Below are positions 18,596 to 27,759 of a DNA stretch of 41,744 nucleotides, piece after piece (within the stretch, counting starts at the first letter, position 1; every line of letters begins with the position of its first letter). The stretch spans positions 1-41,744 of the forward strand of contig DAOVXU010000001.1 of assembly GCA_030635995.1 (NCBI GenBank), written 5' to 3'. Made by a program: the position numbers and the translations under genes. The DNA comes from Arcobacter sp. (lineage in GTDB: Bacteria; Campylobacterota; Campylobacteria; Campylobacterales; Arcobacteraceae). Below the pieces are notes generated by a model, which had not been told where the DNA came from, searched no databases, and saw only the letters and a list, made by a program, of their open reading frames with translations.

Positions 18596-20533
18596 TTACT
18601 TAATTGAACCAAAAATTAATACAAGTATAAGTAATACAACTACACCACCTGCCATTAATTTTAAAGCTTTTGACAAGTTAGATGTTTGTACAACTCTTGC
18701 CTCTTGACCACCTGAACGAATACCACTTGCAATACTATCTACAATAGTATCAATGATTTTCATATCTATCTCTTTCCAACTAAATCTTGATAAAGCAAGA
18801 TAAGGTTTATTTATCATAGCTTCAATCATATGTGGAAAATAATATTGATTTGCTAATAATTTAAAACAAAATCTATCTCTTAATTTATCACCAAAATATT
18901 TTCCATCTTTTTGAAATTTAAAGTATGCAAATCCCATACCCGCTAATGATATAGAAATTGTAACAACCATCAACATAAGATTTGTGCTATCACTTACATG
19001 AGGATGAAATGCTGGTAATAATTGTGTAGCAAATTCAAAAAATGAATGTTCCCACCAACCTGCAACAACAGCAAGTATAGCTAAGGGTACCATTGAAGCA
19101 ATTACATAACCATATGCTTCATGAGGATGATAACCTAAACCTAACTCTTGATGAGTTTCTTTTCCAAAAAATACATACATTATAAGTCTAAATGAATAGA
19201 ATGCTGTTAATCCAGCTGTAATATATAATATACCCCATAATATATATGCATGTTCACCAAATGCTGAAGCAAGAATCAATTCTTTAGAATAGAATCCAGC
19301 CATCATTGGGAAACCTGCAAGTGCAGCTGAAGCAATAATCATAATCCAACCTGTATATGGCATATGTTTAAGTAATCCACCCATTTTTTTAATATTTATC
19401 TCATTATTCATAGCATGCATTACATTACCAGCACCTAAGAATAATACTGATTTAAAGAAAGCATGTGTTGCAAGGTGAAATAGTGCAATCCAATATGCTC
19501 CAACTCCAGCAGCAACAAACATATAACCAAGTTGTGACAATGTTGAATAAGCAATAATCTTTTTCATATTAGTAGCTACTAATGCTTGTGATGCTGCAAA
19601 TATTGCAACAAAAGCACCTATACAAGCTATTACATAACCAACTTCAGGAACTACAGTAAATATTTCATTTGCTCTAATTACTAAATATACTCCTGCAGTT
19701 ACCATAGTTGCAGCATGAATTAGTGCTGAAACTGGAGTAGGACCTTCCATCGCATTTGCAAGCCAAGTATTAAATGGAAACTGAGCTGATTTACCCATAG
19801 CTCCAATAAATAAGAATGCTGCAATAGCAACAACTAGACCATGACTCAATGTTCCAATCTCTGCAAATACAACATCATATTGTAAAGAACCTAAATTCCA
19901 ATATATTAAGAAAATACCAATTAACATACCAAGATCTGCAACTCTATTCATAATAAATGCTTCATTTGCAGCATATGAAGGTGAAATTGAAGAATACGGT
20001 GATAATGTAGAAAAAGGTGATTTTTCAATATCATCACTTGCAGGTACATCAGCTTTATGATACCAAAAACCAATTAGAAGCCAAGAACAAAGTCCAACCC
20101 CTTCCCAACCAATAAATAGACCAGCAAAGTTATCACTCATAACTAAGATCATCATAGAAAATACAAATGCACTTAAATATGAGAAAAATCTATTAAATGA
20201 TCTATCATGATCCATATATCCATTTGAATGGATATGAACCATAGCAGATACCATTGTCACAACAATCATCATCGATACACTAACTTGATCAACAACAATT
20301 CCAAATGGAACATTTACATTTCCTATAACTATCCAATCTTTTAAGCTAAAATGGATAATCTCACCTGTAGTTACTATATGATAAGCTAAATTAATAGATG
20401 CTATCAATGAAACTAAAATTAACGCTGATGTAACAATCCCTGTAAGTTGCACTTTCTTACTATTACCAAATAGTCCAGCAAATAATGATCCAACAAGTGG
20501 AGCAAATAATGCGATTAATGCATAATTTTCCAT
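18596..20533 (-). CDS. nuoL: NADH:quinone oxidoreductase subunit L
   Basis: GWEGVGLCSWLLIGFW, GKSAQFPFNTWLANAMEGPTPVSALIHAATMVTAGVYL, IAYSTLSQLGYMF. A C-terminal extension is consistent with the lateral helix. Confidence 0.93.
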   Translation of the reverse strand: MENYALIALFAPLVGSLFAGLFGNSKKVQLTGIVTSALILVSLIASINLAYHIVTTGEIIHFSLKDWIVIGNVNVPFGIVVDQVSVSMMIVVTMVSAMVHIHSNGYMDHDRSFNRFFSYLSAFVFSMMILVMSDNFAGLFIGWEGVGLCSWLLIGFWYHKADVPASDDIEKSPFSTLSPYSSISPSYAANEAFIMNRVADLGMLIGIFLIYWNLGSLQYDVVFAEIGTLSHGLVVAIAAFLFIGAMGKSAQFPFNTWLANAMEGPTPVSALIHAATMVTAGVYLVIRANEIFTVVPEVGYVIACIGAFVAIFAASQALVATNMKKIIAYSTLSQLGYMFVAAGVGAYWIALFHLATHAFFKSVLFLGAGNVMHAMNNEINIKKMGGLLKHMPYTGWIMIIASAALAGFPMMAGFYSKELILASAFGEHAYILWGILYITAGLTAFYSFRLIMYVFFGKETHQELGLGYHPHEAYGYVIASMVPLAILAVVAGWWEHSFFEFATQLLPAFHPHVSDSTNLMLMVVTISISLAGMGFAYFKFQKDGKYFGDKLRDRFCFKLLANQYYFPHMIEAMINKPYLALSRFSWKEIDMKIIDTIVDSIASGIRSGGQEARVVQTSNLSKALKLMAGGVVVLLILVLIFGSIK

Positions 20534-20535
20534 TT

Positions 20536-20841
20536 CTATCCCCCCATCTTTTGTAATGAATCTAGGTTTAAAGTATTTTTTCTTTTAAACCATAATATTA
20601 ATAATCCAAGTCCAACGGCAACTTCACTTGCAGCGATAGCTACAATAAAGAATGCAAACATTTGACCTGTTAAATCACCATGAAATTTTGATATTGCAGC
20701 AAAACCAATATTCACAGCATTTAACATTATTTCAGTTGCAAAAAATAACATAAGTAAATTTTTTCTTCTCATTGCACCTAATAATCCAATAGAAAATAAT
20801 ATTGTACTTAATATTAAATAATCATTTAGTGTTATTTCCAT
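20536..20841 (-). CDS. nuoK: NADH:quinone oxidoreductase subunit K
   Basis: 101 aa with 3 TM helices. Conserved membrane Glu residues in FFATEIMLNAVN and AASEVAVGLGL. Confidence 0.92.
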   Translation of the reverse strand: MEITLNDYLILSTILFSIGLLGAMRRKNLLMLFFATEIMLNAVNIGFAAISKFHGDLTGQMFAFFIVAIAASEVAVGLGLLILWFKRKNTLNLDSLQKMGG

Positions 20842-21431
20842 TACACATCCTTTTTATGTTCAAAATCGCTATGATGATGATCATTTTCTAAAATTTCATC
20901 CATACTCATATCCATTTTTTTACCAGCAAGTATAATACCACCTATCATAGCTACAAGTAACATAACTGCTGCTACTTCAAATGGAATTAGATATTTAGTA
21001 AATAATACAACACCAACATCTTGTATATTACCATCAATAGTTCCATACAAATTAGCTGCTATACCAACAGGATATTCAGGAGTAATATTTGCACCAATTA
21101 GTGGAGCAACAAATATTATAACTACCATTAAAGCTACTGCTCCAGAAAGTACAAATGTTAATCTTGGATTTGCAACAGATTCTTCAACATCACTAATAGA
21201 GTCAAAAAACATCATTCCAAATGCATAAAGTGCCATAACAGCACCTGTATATACAATAATTTGTACAACTCCTAGAAAATCTGCTTCTAAAATAAAAAAG
21301 AATGCAGATATAAAAATCATACCAGCAGCTAATGAACTTAACGCATATAATGCATTTTTAGTCATCACTGTTATGGTAAACATTGCAATTGTTAAAATTG
21401 CAAATAAATAAAAGGCTACTACTTCAAACAT
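20841..21431 (-). CDS. nuoJ: NADH:quinone oxidoreductase subunit J
   Basis: Position between nuoI and nuoK. GVVQIIVYTGAVMALYAFGMMF is typical of NuoJ. Has a hydrophilic His-rich tail (NDHHHSDFEHKKDV). Confidence 0.88.
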   Translation of the reverse strand: MFEVVAFYLFAILTIAMFTITVMTKNALYALSSLAAGMIFISAFFFILEADFLGVVQIIVYTGAVMALYAFGMMFFDSISDVEESVANPRLTFVLSGAVALMVVIIFVAPLIGANITPEYPVGIAANLYGTIDGNIQDVGVVLFTKYLIPFEVAAVMLLVAMIGGIILAGKKMDMSMDEILENDHHHSDFEHKKDV

Positions 21432-21440
21432 TATATATCC

Positions 21441-22064
21441 TTAATACGCAAGCGGTGTTTTTTTAATTTTTTTATCAGCATCTGGGCTAATAGCACCAAA
21501 TCCGTCAAACTCAATTTGTTGTTTAATATTATCAAATGGTGTAAGTAGATCATCTTTAAGTACAAAATGTGCTCTTTGCTCACTTGCATTTTCATATCTA
21601 TCACCATGTACAATAGCAAGCTCTGGACAAACTTCTGCACAATAACCACAAAAAATACATCTACCTAAATTAATTGTATATTCTACAACTTCTTTTCTAG
21701 ATTTTTCATCAATTCGTGTATCCATTTTTATACAATTTGCTATACAAATCTTTTCACAAAGACCACAACCAATACATCTGTTAGTTCCACTTTCAAGTAA
21801 ACCTAAAAGTTTATGTATTGCTCTATATCTAGGCGAAATTGGCAATCTTTCCATTGGATATTGAACTGTATGCATCTCATTATTAAATAATGCACCTTTC
21901 ATTATCTTAAATACAATACCAAGACCTTGAAATAGCTCTACACTAAATGTTCTTCTTGTGGCTTTCTTAAATGCTTCCCAACCAGTTGCTGGATATTCTT
22001 CAATATCCTGCATAACATACTCTTGGCTTCCTACATTTCTATTTTTTAAATCATTAAAATTCAT
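21441..22064 (-). CDS. nuoI: NADH:quinone oxidoreductase subunit I (2x[4Fe-4S])
   Basis: Two ferredoxin motifs, CIGCGLCEKICIANC and CIFCGYCAEVCPELA. Has an N-terminal extension. Confidence 0.93.
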   Translation of the reverse strand: MNFNDLKNRNVGSQEYVMQDIEEYPATGWEAFKKATRRTFSVELFQGLGIVFKIMKGALFNNEMHTVQYPMERLPISPRYRAIHKLLGLLESGTNRCIGCGLCEKICIANCIKMDTRIDEKSRKEVVEYTINLGRCIFCGYCAEVCPELAIVHGDRYENASEQRAHFVLKDDLLTPFDNIKQQIEFDGFGAISPDADKKIKKTPLAY

Positions 22065-22073
22065 ATTCTTTCC

Positions 22074-23036
22074 TTATACCATCATCACTAAACCAGTAAC
22101 TAAAATATTTAGTAACGCTAATGGCATTAATATTTTCCAACATAACCACATTAATTGATCTGGTCTAATATGAGGCCACGATGCTCTTGTCCATAAAAAT
22201 AAAAATATTAAAAACATAACTTTTATTATAATTGCAATTGCACCAGGAATAAACCACATATCATTAAATCCACCTAAAAATACTAAAGCAGTTAAAAATG
22301 AAACTGTAAAAAGATTAGCATACTCACCAATAAAGAACATCCCCCATCTCATACCAGAATATTCTGTTGCATAACCAGAAACAATCTCTGCTTCATGCTC
22401 AAGAAGATCAAATGGTGTTCTATTTGTTTCAGCATAACCTGCAATTAAAAATAGACCAAATGCTAATGGTTGTGACCAAATTAACCAGTTTGAAATTCCA
22501 CCAGCTTGATAATTATTTATATCAATTAAACTTAAACTTCCAACCATCATTAAAGGAGCTAATACAGATAAACCTGTAACAACCTCATATGATAATAATT
22601 GAATTGCTGTTCTAGCACCTCCAAGTAAACCCCATTTATTTGCTTGAGACATACCACCTAACAATGGACCATAAAGTCCAGTTGCCATAGCCCCAAGTAC
22701 AAATAATAATCCAACATTAATATCAGATATAATTACACCAGTGATAAATGGTACAGCACTCATAGCTATAAAAGCAGTAGCTGCTGTAATAATTGGAGCA
22801 AACATAAAGATTGGTCTATTTGCATGTTGAGGAATAAAATCTTCTTTTGTAAATAGTTTTGCTCCATCACAAAGAATTTGTATCACACCAAACGGACCTA
22901 CATGTGTAGGACCTAATCTTCTTTGCATAAAAGCAAGAATCTTTCTCTCTATATAAGTAGTAAACCCTGCTAAAGCTGAAAATACTGAAAGTATTACAAC
23001 AACTTTAACAATCGTCATTATTATGTCATTATCCAT
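22074..23036 (-). CDS. nuoH: NADH:quinone oxidoreductase subunit H
   Basis: ERKILAFMQRRLGPTHVGPFG and AETNRTPFDLLEHEAEIVSGYATEYSGMRW. Confidence 0.94.
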   Translation of the reverse strand: MDNDIIMTIVKVVVILSVFSALAGFTTYIERKILAFMQRRLGPTHVGPFGVIQILCDGAKLFTKEDFIPQHANRPIFMFAPIITAATAFIAMSAVPFITGVIISDINVGLLFVLGAMATGLYGPLLGGMSQANKWGLLGGARTAIQLLSYEVVTGLSVLAPLMMVGSLSLIDINNYQAGGISNWLIWSQPLAFGLFLIAGYAETNRTPFDLLEHEAEIVSGYATEYSGMRWGMFFIGEYANLFTVSFLTALVFLGGFNDMWFIPGAIAIIIKVMFLIFLFLWTRASWPHIRPDQLMWLCWKILMPLALLNILVTGLVMMV

Positions 23037-23038
23037 TT

Positions 23039-25483
23039 TTACACCTTTTTAATATTTGCATTGATATATCTATATCCAGCAAATAGTTTTTTAGTTTCAC
23101 AATTTTTCTCAAATGTTGGAACATATGCAATATCTCCATCAAGTTGATTATCTATAACTATATTTAAATCTACATCACCATTTTGTGTAGTAATATTTAC
23201 AGTATCATTTATATCTAATCCTAAATTTTCTAACATTTTAGAAGAAAGATATAATGCTGTTATATCTTTTGTAAGATTTTTTGATTTTGCTGTAAATTCA
23301 TTAAATTGGTTTATAGGATTTGCATTGTATATAATTGTACCCTCAAGAGTTGCATTGTCAATTTGTTTAACAACATCACTCCAAGGTAGATCGAATACTT
23401 TTAAATCATACCCTCTTGTCTCAACCATACTATTAGTAAAATAATTATCTAAATCATCAAAAGCAATTTTTTCAAAGATATTTGATGTATAATCAATTGT
23501 ATTTTCTTTTTTACAATCTAATATCTCATTAGCAATATCATTTAATGTATAACCAAAATATGGTAAAGCTGCATTTGTAGGTACAACTTTTTTATCAATA
23601 TTAGTAAAAGTACCCTCTTGCTGATTTAGTGAAGGCATATCAAGATCTCCATCTCCCAATGCACTAATTTCATAATCTGCTTTAACATTATATCCAACTG
23701 TATTACCTACAATCTGATCAGATAAATCACAAATTTGACTTGCACCTAAAGTATTTGTATTTGATGGAATTACAACAACTTTAAAATCAGTATATTTTTC
23801 AATTAATCCAGCTATTTTTGCTAAATTTTCACTATTTGGATGTGAATATAAATCTTCACCTAAAACTAAACTAAAAGTATCTTTTTTAAGAAGCATTGCC
23901 GCTATAATTTCTAGTAAAGTTTCATCATGACCAATAATATCTAGCAATTTTGTATATGTATACTCAACCTCTTTAGATACTTTTTTAGGTACCATTTTAG
24001 TAACTTCTTTTGTTCCACCTGTCTCTTCATCAGTAACAGTCTCAACTACTTTTTCTTTAATCATTTCAGATACAGTTTTAACTCTAGTTTCTCTAAAACT
24101 TTCAATATACGAAGCTACATCTACAGGTAAATCTTTTCCAAACTGATCAAGTATAAAAAACAATACAGCTTCTTCAGCTAAAGGTGTATGGAAAATTGTT
24201 TCTATTGTTTTGCTTTTTTTACCAAATCCTTCAATAGTAGTATCATTTAATGGATGAAAATATAATCCTGCACCCTTATTTATACTAATTGAATTATTAA
24301 ATGCAAATCTTACAGCTGGTGCATCTGATTTAAAATAAGAACCAACAGAGATTACAAAATTACTATTATGTACATCTTTTAGCGTTCCATTATATAAACT
24401 CTTACCGGTAATTGATGAAAAACTATTTAAGAACTTTTTATAATTTAAGGCATCACTATTTACAAGATTAAAACCAATTTTTTCTTTTAATTGTTGTAAA
24501 ATATATGCCTCTTCATTAGTAATAAAACTATTAAATAAAACTGTATCAGCTGATTTTAATTTCTCAATTGTATTTTTAAATTCAGCTTCATCTTTATTTT
24601 CTACTTTATTTGAATAATCAAATCCAAATCTAGCAGCTCCACTTAAAGATGTATAATGGGAATCATTAGTAACTCTATATATTTTCTTAACTTGATTTTT
24701 ATCAATTGATTCATTTTTAACTTCATAATATAAAAGTGAACAATCAGAAGAGTATGAATTTGATGCTGGAATCTTTTCTAACTCCCAAGCATTTGATTTA
24801 TATTTAAAATCTGTACTTGCTAATGCTCCCACAGGACAAACGGAGATACACTCACCACAATCTATACAATTATCTTCATTAAAACCTATAAGATTTTTAT
24901 TTAGTTTATTCCACATAGCATAAGCATCTTTTGGCATATTCTCTTTGTACTGTTTATCTAAGGCATCTGCACCTCTTTTAACAGTAGAAAGAGCAGCAGA
25001 ACCAATCATATCTTTACATACAGTTACACATTTTTCACAAACTATACAAAGTCCTGGGTCATAACTCATCACTCCCCAAACTGATGTTGGTCTATCAACA
25101 TCTCTTACTGCATAATCTTGCTTATCAACACCCATATATAAAGTATAATTTTGAAGTTCACACTCTCCACTTTGATCACATACACCACATTGTAATGGAT
25201 GATTTACATCATAAACTTCCATTATTGCTTTTCTCTCTTTAGCAATATTTTCAGTTGTTGTTGTTATTGTCATTCCATCTTTAACTTTAGCATTACAAGA
25301 ATATACTTGCTTACCATCTGCTTCAACCAAACACAATCTACATGCTAAAGTTGGTGAACATCTAGTAAGATAACAAATAGCTGGGACAAATATATCATTA
25401 GCACGAGCTACATTTAATATATATTCACCCTCAACAGCTTTGCACTCCTTACCGTCAATGTTTACAGTAATTAATTCACTCAT
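23039..25483 (-). CDS. nuoG: NuoG-type Fe-S subunit, downstream paralogue (N7-type Cys motif lost)
   Basis: 2Fe-2S CYLTRCSPTLACRLC...SC. N5-type HPLQCGVCDQSGEC. CIVCEKCVTVC plus CIDCGECISVCPVGAL. Molybdopterin-oxidoreductase-like C-terminal part. At the N7 position it reads NSYSSDCS (nt 24737-24760). Its start overlaps the upstream paralogue's stop (ATGA). Confidence 0.85.
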   Translation of the reverse strand: MSELITVNIDGKECKAVEGEYILNVARANDIFVPAICYLTRCSPTLACRLCLVEADGKQVYSCNAKVKDGMTITTTTENIAKERKAIMEVYDVNHPLQCGVCDQSGECELQNYTLYMGVDKQDYAVRDVDRPTSVWGVMSYDPGLCIVCEKCVTVCKDMIGSAALSTVKRGADALDKQYKENMPKDAYAMWNKLNKNLIGFNEDNCIDCGECISVCPVGALASTDFKYKSNAWELEKIPASNSYSSDCSLLYYEVKNESIDKNQVKKIYRVTNDSHYTSLSGAARFGFDYSNKVENKDEAEFKNTIEKLKSADTVLFNSFITNEEAYILQQLKEKIGFNLVNSDALNYKKFLNSFSSITGKSLYNGTLKDVHNSNFVISVGSYFKSDAPAVRFAFNNSISINKGAGLYFHPLNDTTIEGFGKKSKTIETIFHTPLAEEAVLFFILDQFGKDLPVDVASYIESFRETRVKTVSEMIKEKVVETVTDEETGGTKEVTKMVPKKVSKEVEYTYTKLLDIIGHDETLLEIIAAMLLKKDTFSLVLGEDLYSHPNSENLAKIAGLIEKYTDFKVVVIPSNTNTLGASQICDLSDQIVGNTVGYNVKADYEISALGDGDLDMPSLNQQEGTFTNIDKKVVPTNAALPYFGYTLNDIANEILDCKKENTIDYTSNIFEKIAFDDLDNYFTNSMVETRGYDLKVFDLPWSDVVKQIDNATLEGTIIYNANPINQFNEFTAKSKNLTKDITALYLSSKMLENLGLDINDTVNITTQNGDVDLNIVIDNQLDGDIAYVPTFEKNCETKKLFAGYRYINANIKKV

Positions 25484-27759
25484 TTTGTATCAACCTTTTT
25501 AATTTTTACTTGTTTATATCTATAACTCAAGGGTATCGAATCACTACTTAATCCATTGTCAAATGTTGGATATAATGCAATTGTACCCTTAATCGTTGTA
25601 TCAATTTTAAACATTTTAGTAGTAATATTCTCTTTATAAATAATTTCTACCATATCGCCATCATTTATTTTAGCCGCCATCGCAAAAGAGCTACTACCTC
25701 TTAAATGTGAATCAGATTGCAACAATAGTGACTTAGCTGTAGCTGTATTAAACTGATGTAATGGTTCACATCTATAAACAACTGAACCATTATATGATTT
25801 AAGATCATCAACCTCTTCTATATCAATAGGTAATATTTGAATATTCTTACTAGTTAAAGAATAACCTCTTAAATCAGTACCATATTTATCGTAACCATTT
25901 CCTAATATATCAAATTCAATTGACTTATATTCATTTTCATTATCTAATAATGGTGTATAATCTATAGTATATTTTCTTTTTTGATCTAAAATCTCATTTG
26001 CTAAATCATTTAAACAAAATCCATCAAAATTTAAAGCAGAATTTGTATTAACGACTTTCATATCTAAACTTGTAAATGTACCCTCTTGCTGATTTAATGC
26101 TGGAACATTAAAATCACCATCACCACTATTTGATATAGTAAAATTACCAAGTTCATTATAACCTACAATATTACCTTTAACATCCCCATCTAAATCACAT
26201 AATAAACTAACACCAAGTGTATTTGTTTGAGAAGGGATTAACATAATATTAAAATCTGTATATTTATCAATCAACCCTACTAATTTAGCAATATTTATAG
26301 CTCTTGGATGAGCATATAGATCTGTACCAATTATTATAGTTTTATTTTTTCTTCTTATTAATTTTGTTTGAATAAGCTCAAATTCCTCTTCACCTACACT
26401 AGATTCACCACTTAAATAACCAATATCAAGTTCATCAAAATATTCTTCAAATTCTTTAGGAATATCTTCTATTAAATATGATGCTAACATTGCCAGAATA
26501 GCCTCTTCACTACCAACTTCATATTTCACAAATTGTGTATATTTATTTGATAATGCGATATCATCAATTGGGTGCATATAAATAAATTGTGCATTTTGTT
26601 TTTTAGTTGCTATATTTACATTATATTTTACACCTGGATTATCTCTACTTATTCTAGTACCAATCATAATAATTGCATCACTTTGAGATACAGTGTCGTT
26701 AGAAGCAGTATATAAAGACTTCCCAGTTACACTGCTATAATTTCTTAAAAAGTTTTGATAATTTTTAGCATCTTCATTAACTAGATTTAAACCAAGTTTA
26801 TTCTTAAGATTTTGTAATATTAAAGCCTCTTCATTTGTTATAAATGAATTAAACCTAATCGTATTTGCATTTTTAAGTGCATCAACTGCCTTTACAAAAT
26901 CTTCACTAGAATTACTAACTTCTTTATTTTCAAATTCGAATCCAAATCTACCAGCACCACATAAAGTTGAAAATTCAAAATCATTTTTAACTCTTGTAAT
27001 TTTAGATTCATATGGATTATCAATTCCAGCATTCTTAACATCATAAACTAATGCACACCCACTTGAACAATGAGCACAAGATGCTGGTACTTGATCTGCT
27101 TCCCAAGCATTTGAAGTATATTTATAAGCATTTGATACTAAAGCTCCAACTGGACATACAGAGATACAATCTCCACACTGTTCACATCTTGAATATTTAA
27201 TATCAATTGTAGATTTATAGCCACCTGGTTTCACATAAAGTGCAGCAGTACCTATAACTTCATTACAAGTATGTACACATTTTTCACACATAATACATAA
27301 ATGTGGATCATATCCTAAGATTCCCCATTTTTTTTGTTTTCTTGGTTGATCTTTTACTGCAAATTCTTGACTTTCAACTTTAAATTCTAAATTCTTATTT
27401 TGAAGATCACATTCACCACTTTTATCACAAACACCACACTGTAATGGATGATTAACATCATAAAGTTTCATAATATTTACTCTATGTCGTTCTATCTCAT
27501 CATTATTTGTTGTAATAACAGCATTATTTACTGCTTTTTCCTGACATGATAAAATTAAACCATCAACACCTTCAACATTAACTGCACACATTCTACATGA
27601 TGCTATTGGAGAAACTTTTGTAAGGTAACACATAGTAGGGATATAGATATCATTTCTTCTTGCTATATCTAAAATTGTTTCACCATAGACACCATCACAT
27701 GATTTACCATCAATATTTATTGTTATTGGTTTATTCCTATGTTCTGATTTTGTACTCAT
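25480..27759 (-). CDS. NuoG-type Fe-S subunit, upstream paralogue (retains N7-type CxxCxxxC motif)
   Basis: CYLTKVSPIASCRMC...SC, HPLQCGVCDKSGEC, CIMCEKCVHTC, CEQCGDCISVCPVGAL, and CAHCSSGC (nt 27055-27078) plus the downstream LCGAGRF. Clearly paralogous to the next gene (shared NSFITNEEA.ILQ.LK, DKYTDF, LNQQEGTFT, LNDLANEILD). Start set at the ATG at 27759 (MSTKSEHRNKPITINIDGK aligns with MSELITVNIDGK of the paralogue). That ATG forms an ATGA overlap with the preceding stop. The track's longer start at 27795 is less likely. Confidence 0.8.
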   Translation of the reverse strand: MSTKSEHRNKPITINIDGKSCDGVYGETILDIARRNDIYIPTMCYLTKVSPIASCRMCAVNVEGVDGLILSCQEKAVNNAVITTNNDEIERHRVNIMKLYDVNHPLQCGVCDKSGECDLQNKNLEFKVESQEFAVKDQPRKQKKWGILGYDPHLCIMCEKCVHTCNEVIGTAALYVKPGGYKSTIDIKYSRCEQCGDCISVCPVGALVSNAYKYTSNAWEADQVPASCAHCSSGCALVYDVKNAGIDNPYESKITRVKNDFEFSTLCGAGRFGFEFENKEVSNSSEDFVKAVDALKNANTIRFNSFITNEEALILQNLKNKLGLNLVNEDAKNYQNFLRNYSSVTGKSLYTASNDTVSQSDAIIMIGTRISRDNPGVKYNVNIATKKQNAQFIYMHPIDDIALSNKYTQFVKYEVGSEEAILAMLASYLIEDIPKEFEEYFDELDIGYLSGESSVGEEEFELIQTKLIRRKNKTIIIGTDLYAHPRAINIAKLVGLIDKYTDFNIMLIPSQTNTLGVSLLCDLDGDVKGNIVGYNELGNFTISNSGDGDFNVPALNQQEGTFTSLDMKVVNTNSALNFDGFCLNDLANEILDQKRKYTIDYTPLLDNENEYKSIEFDILGNGYDKYGTDLRGYSLTSKNIQILPIDIEEVDDLKSYNGSVVYRCEPLHQFNTATAKSLLLQSDSHLRGSSSFAMAAKINDGDMVEIIYKENITTKMFKIDTTIKGTIALYPTFDNGLSSDSIPLSYRYKQVKIKKVDTK

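Noticed and set aside
20540-20545. Homopolymeric C6/G6 tracts (also 1008-1013 in fabF) as Campylobacter-style contingency loci
   Set aside because: The tracts are only 6 nt long and lie in essential housekeeping genes (the nuoK 3' end and fabF). Both genes are intact. Known phase-variable tracts in this phylum are typically 8 nt or longer.
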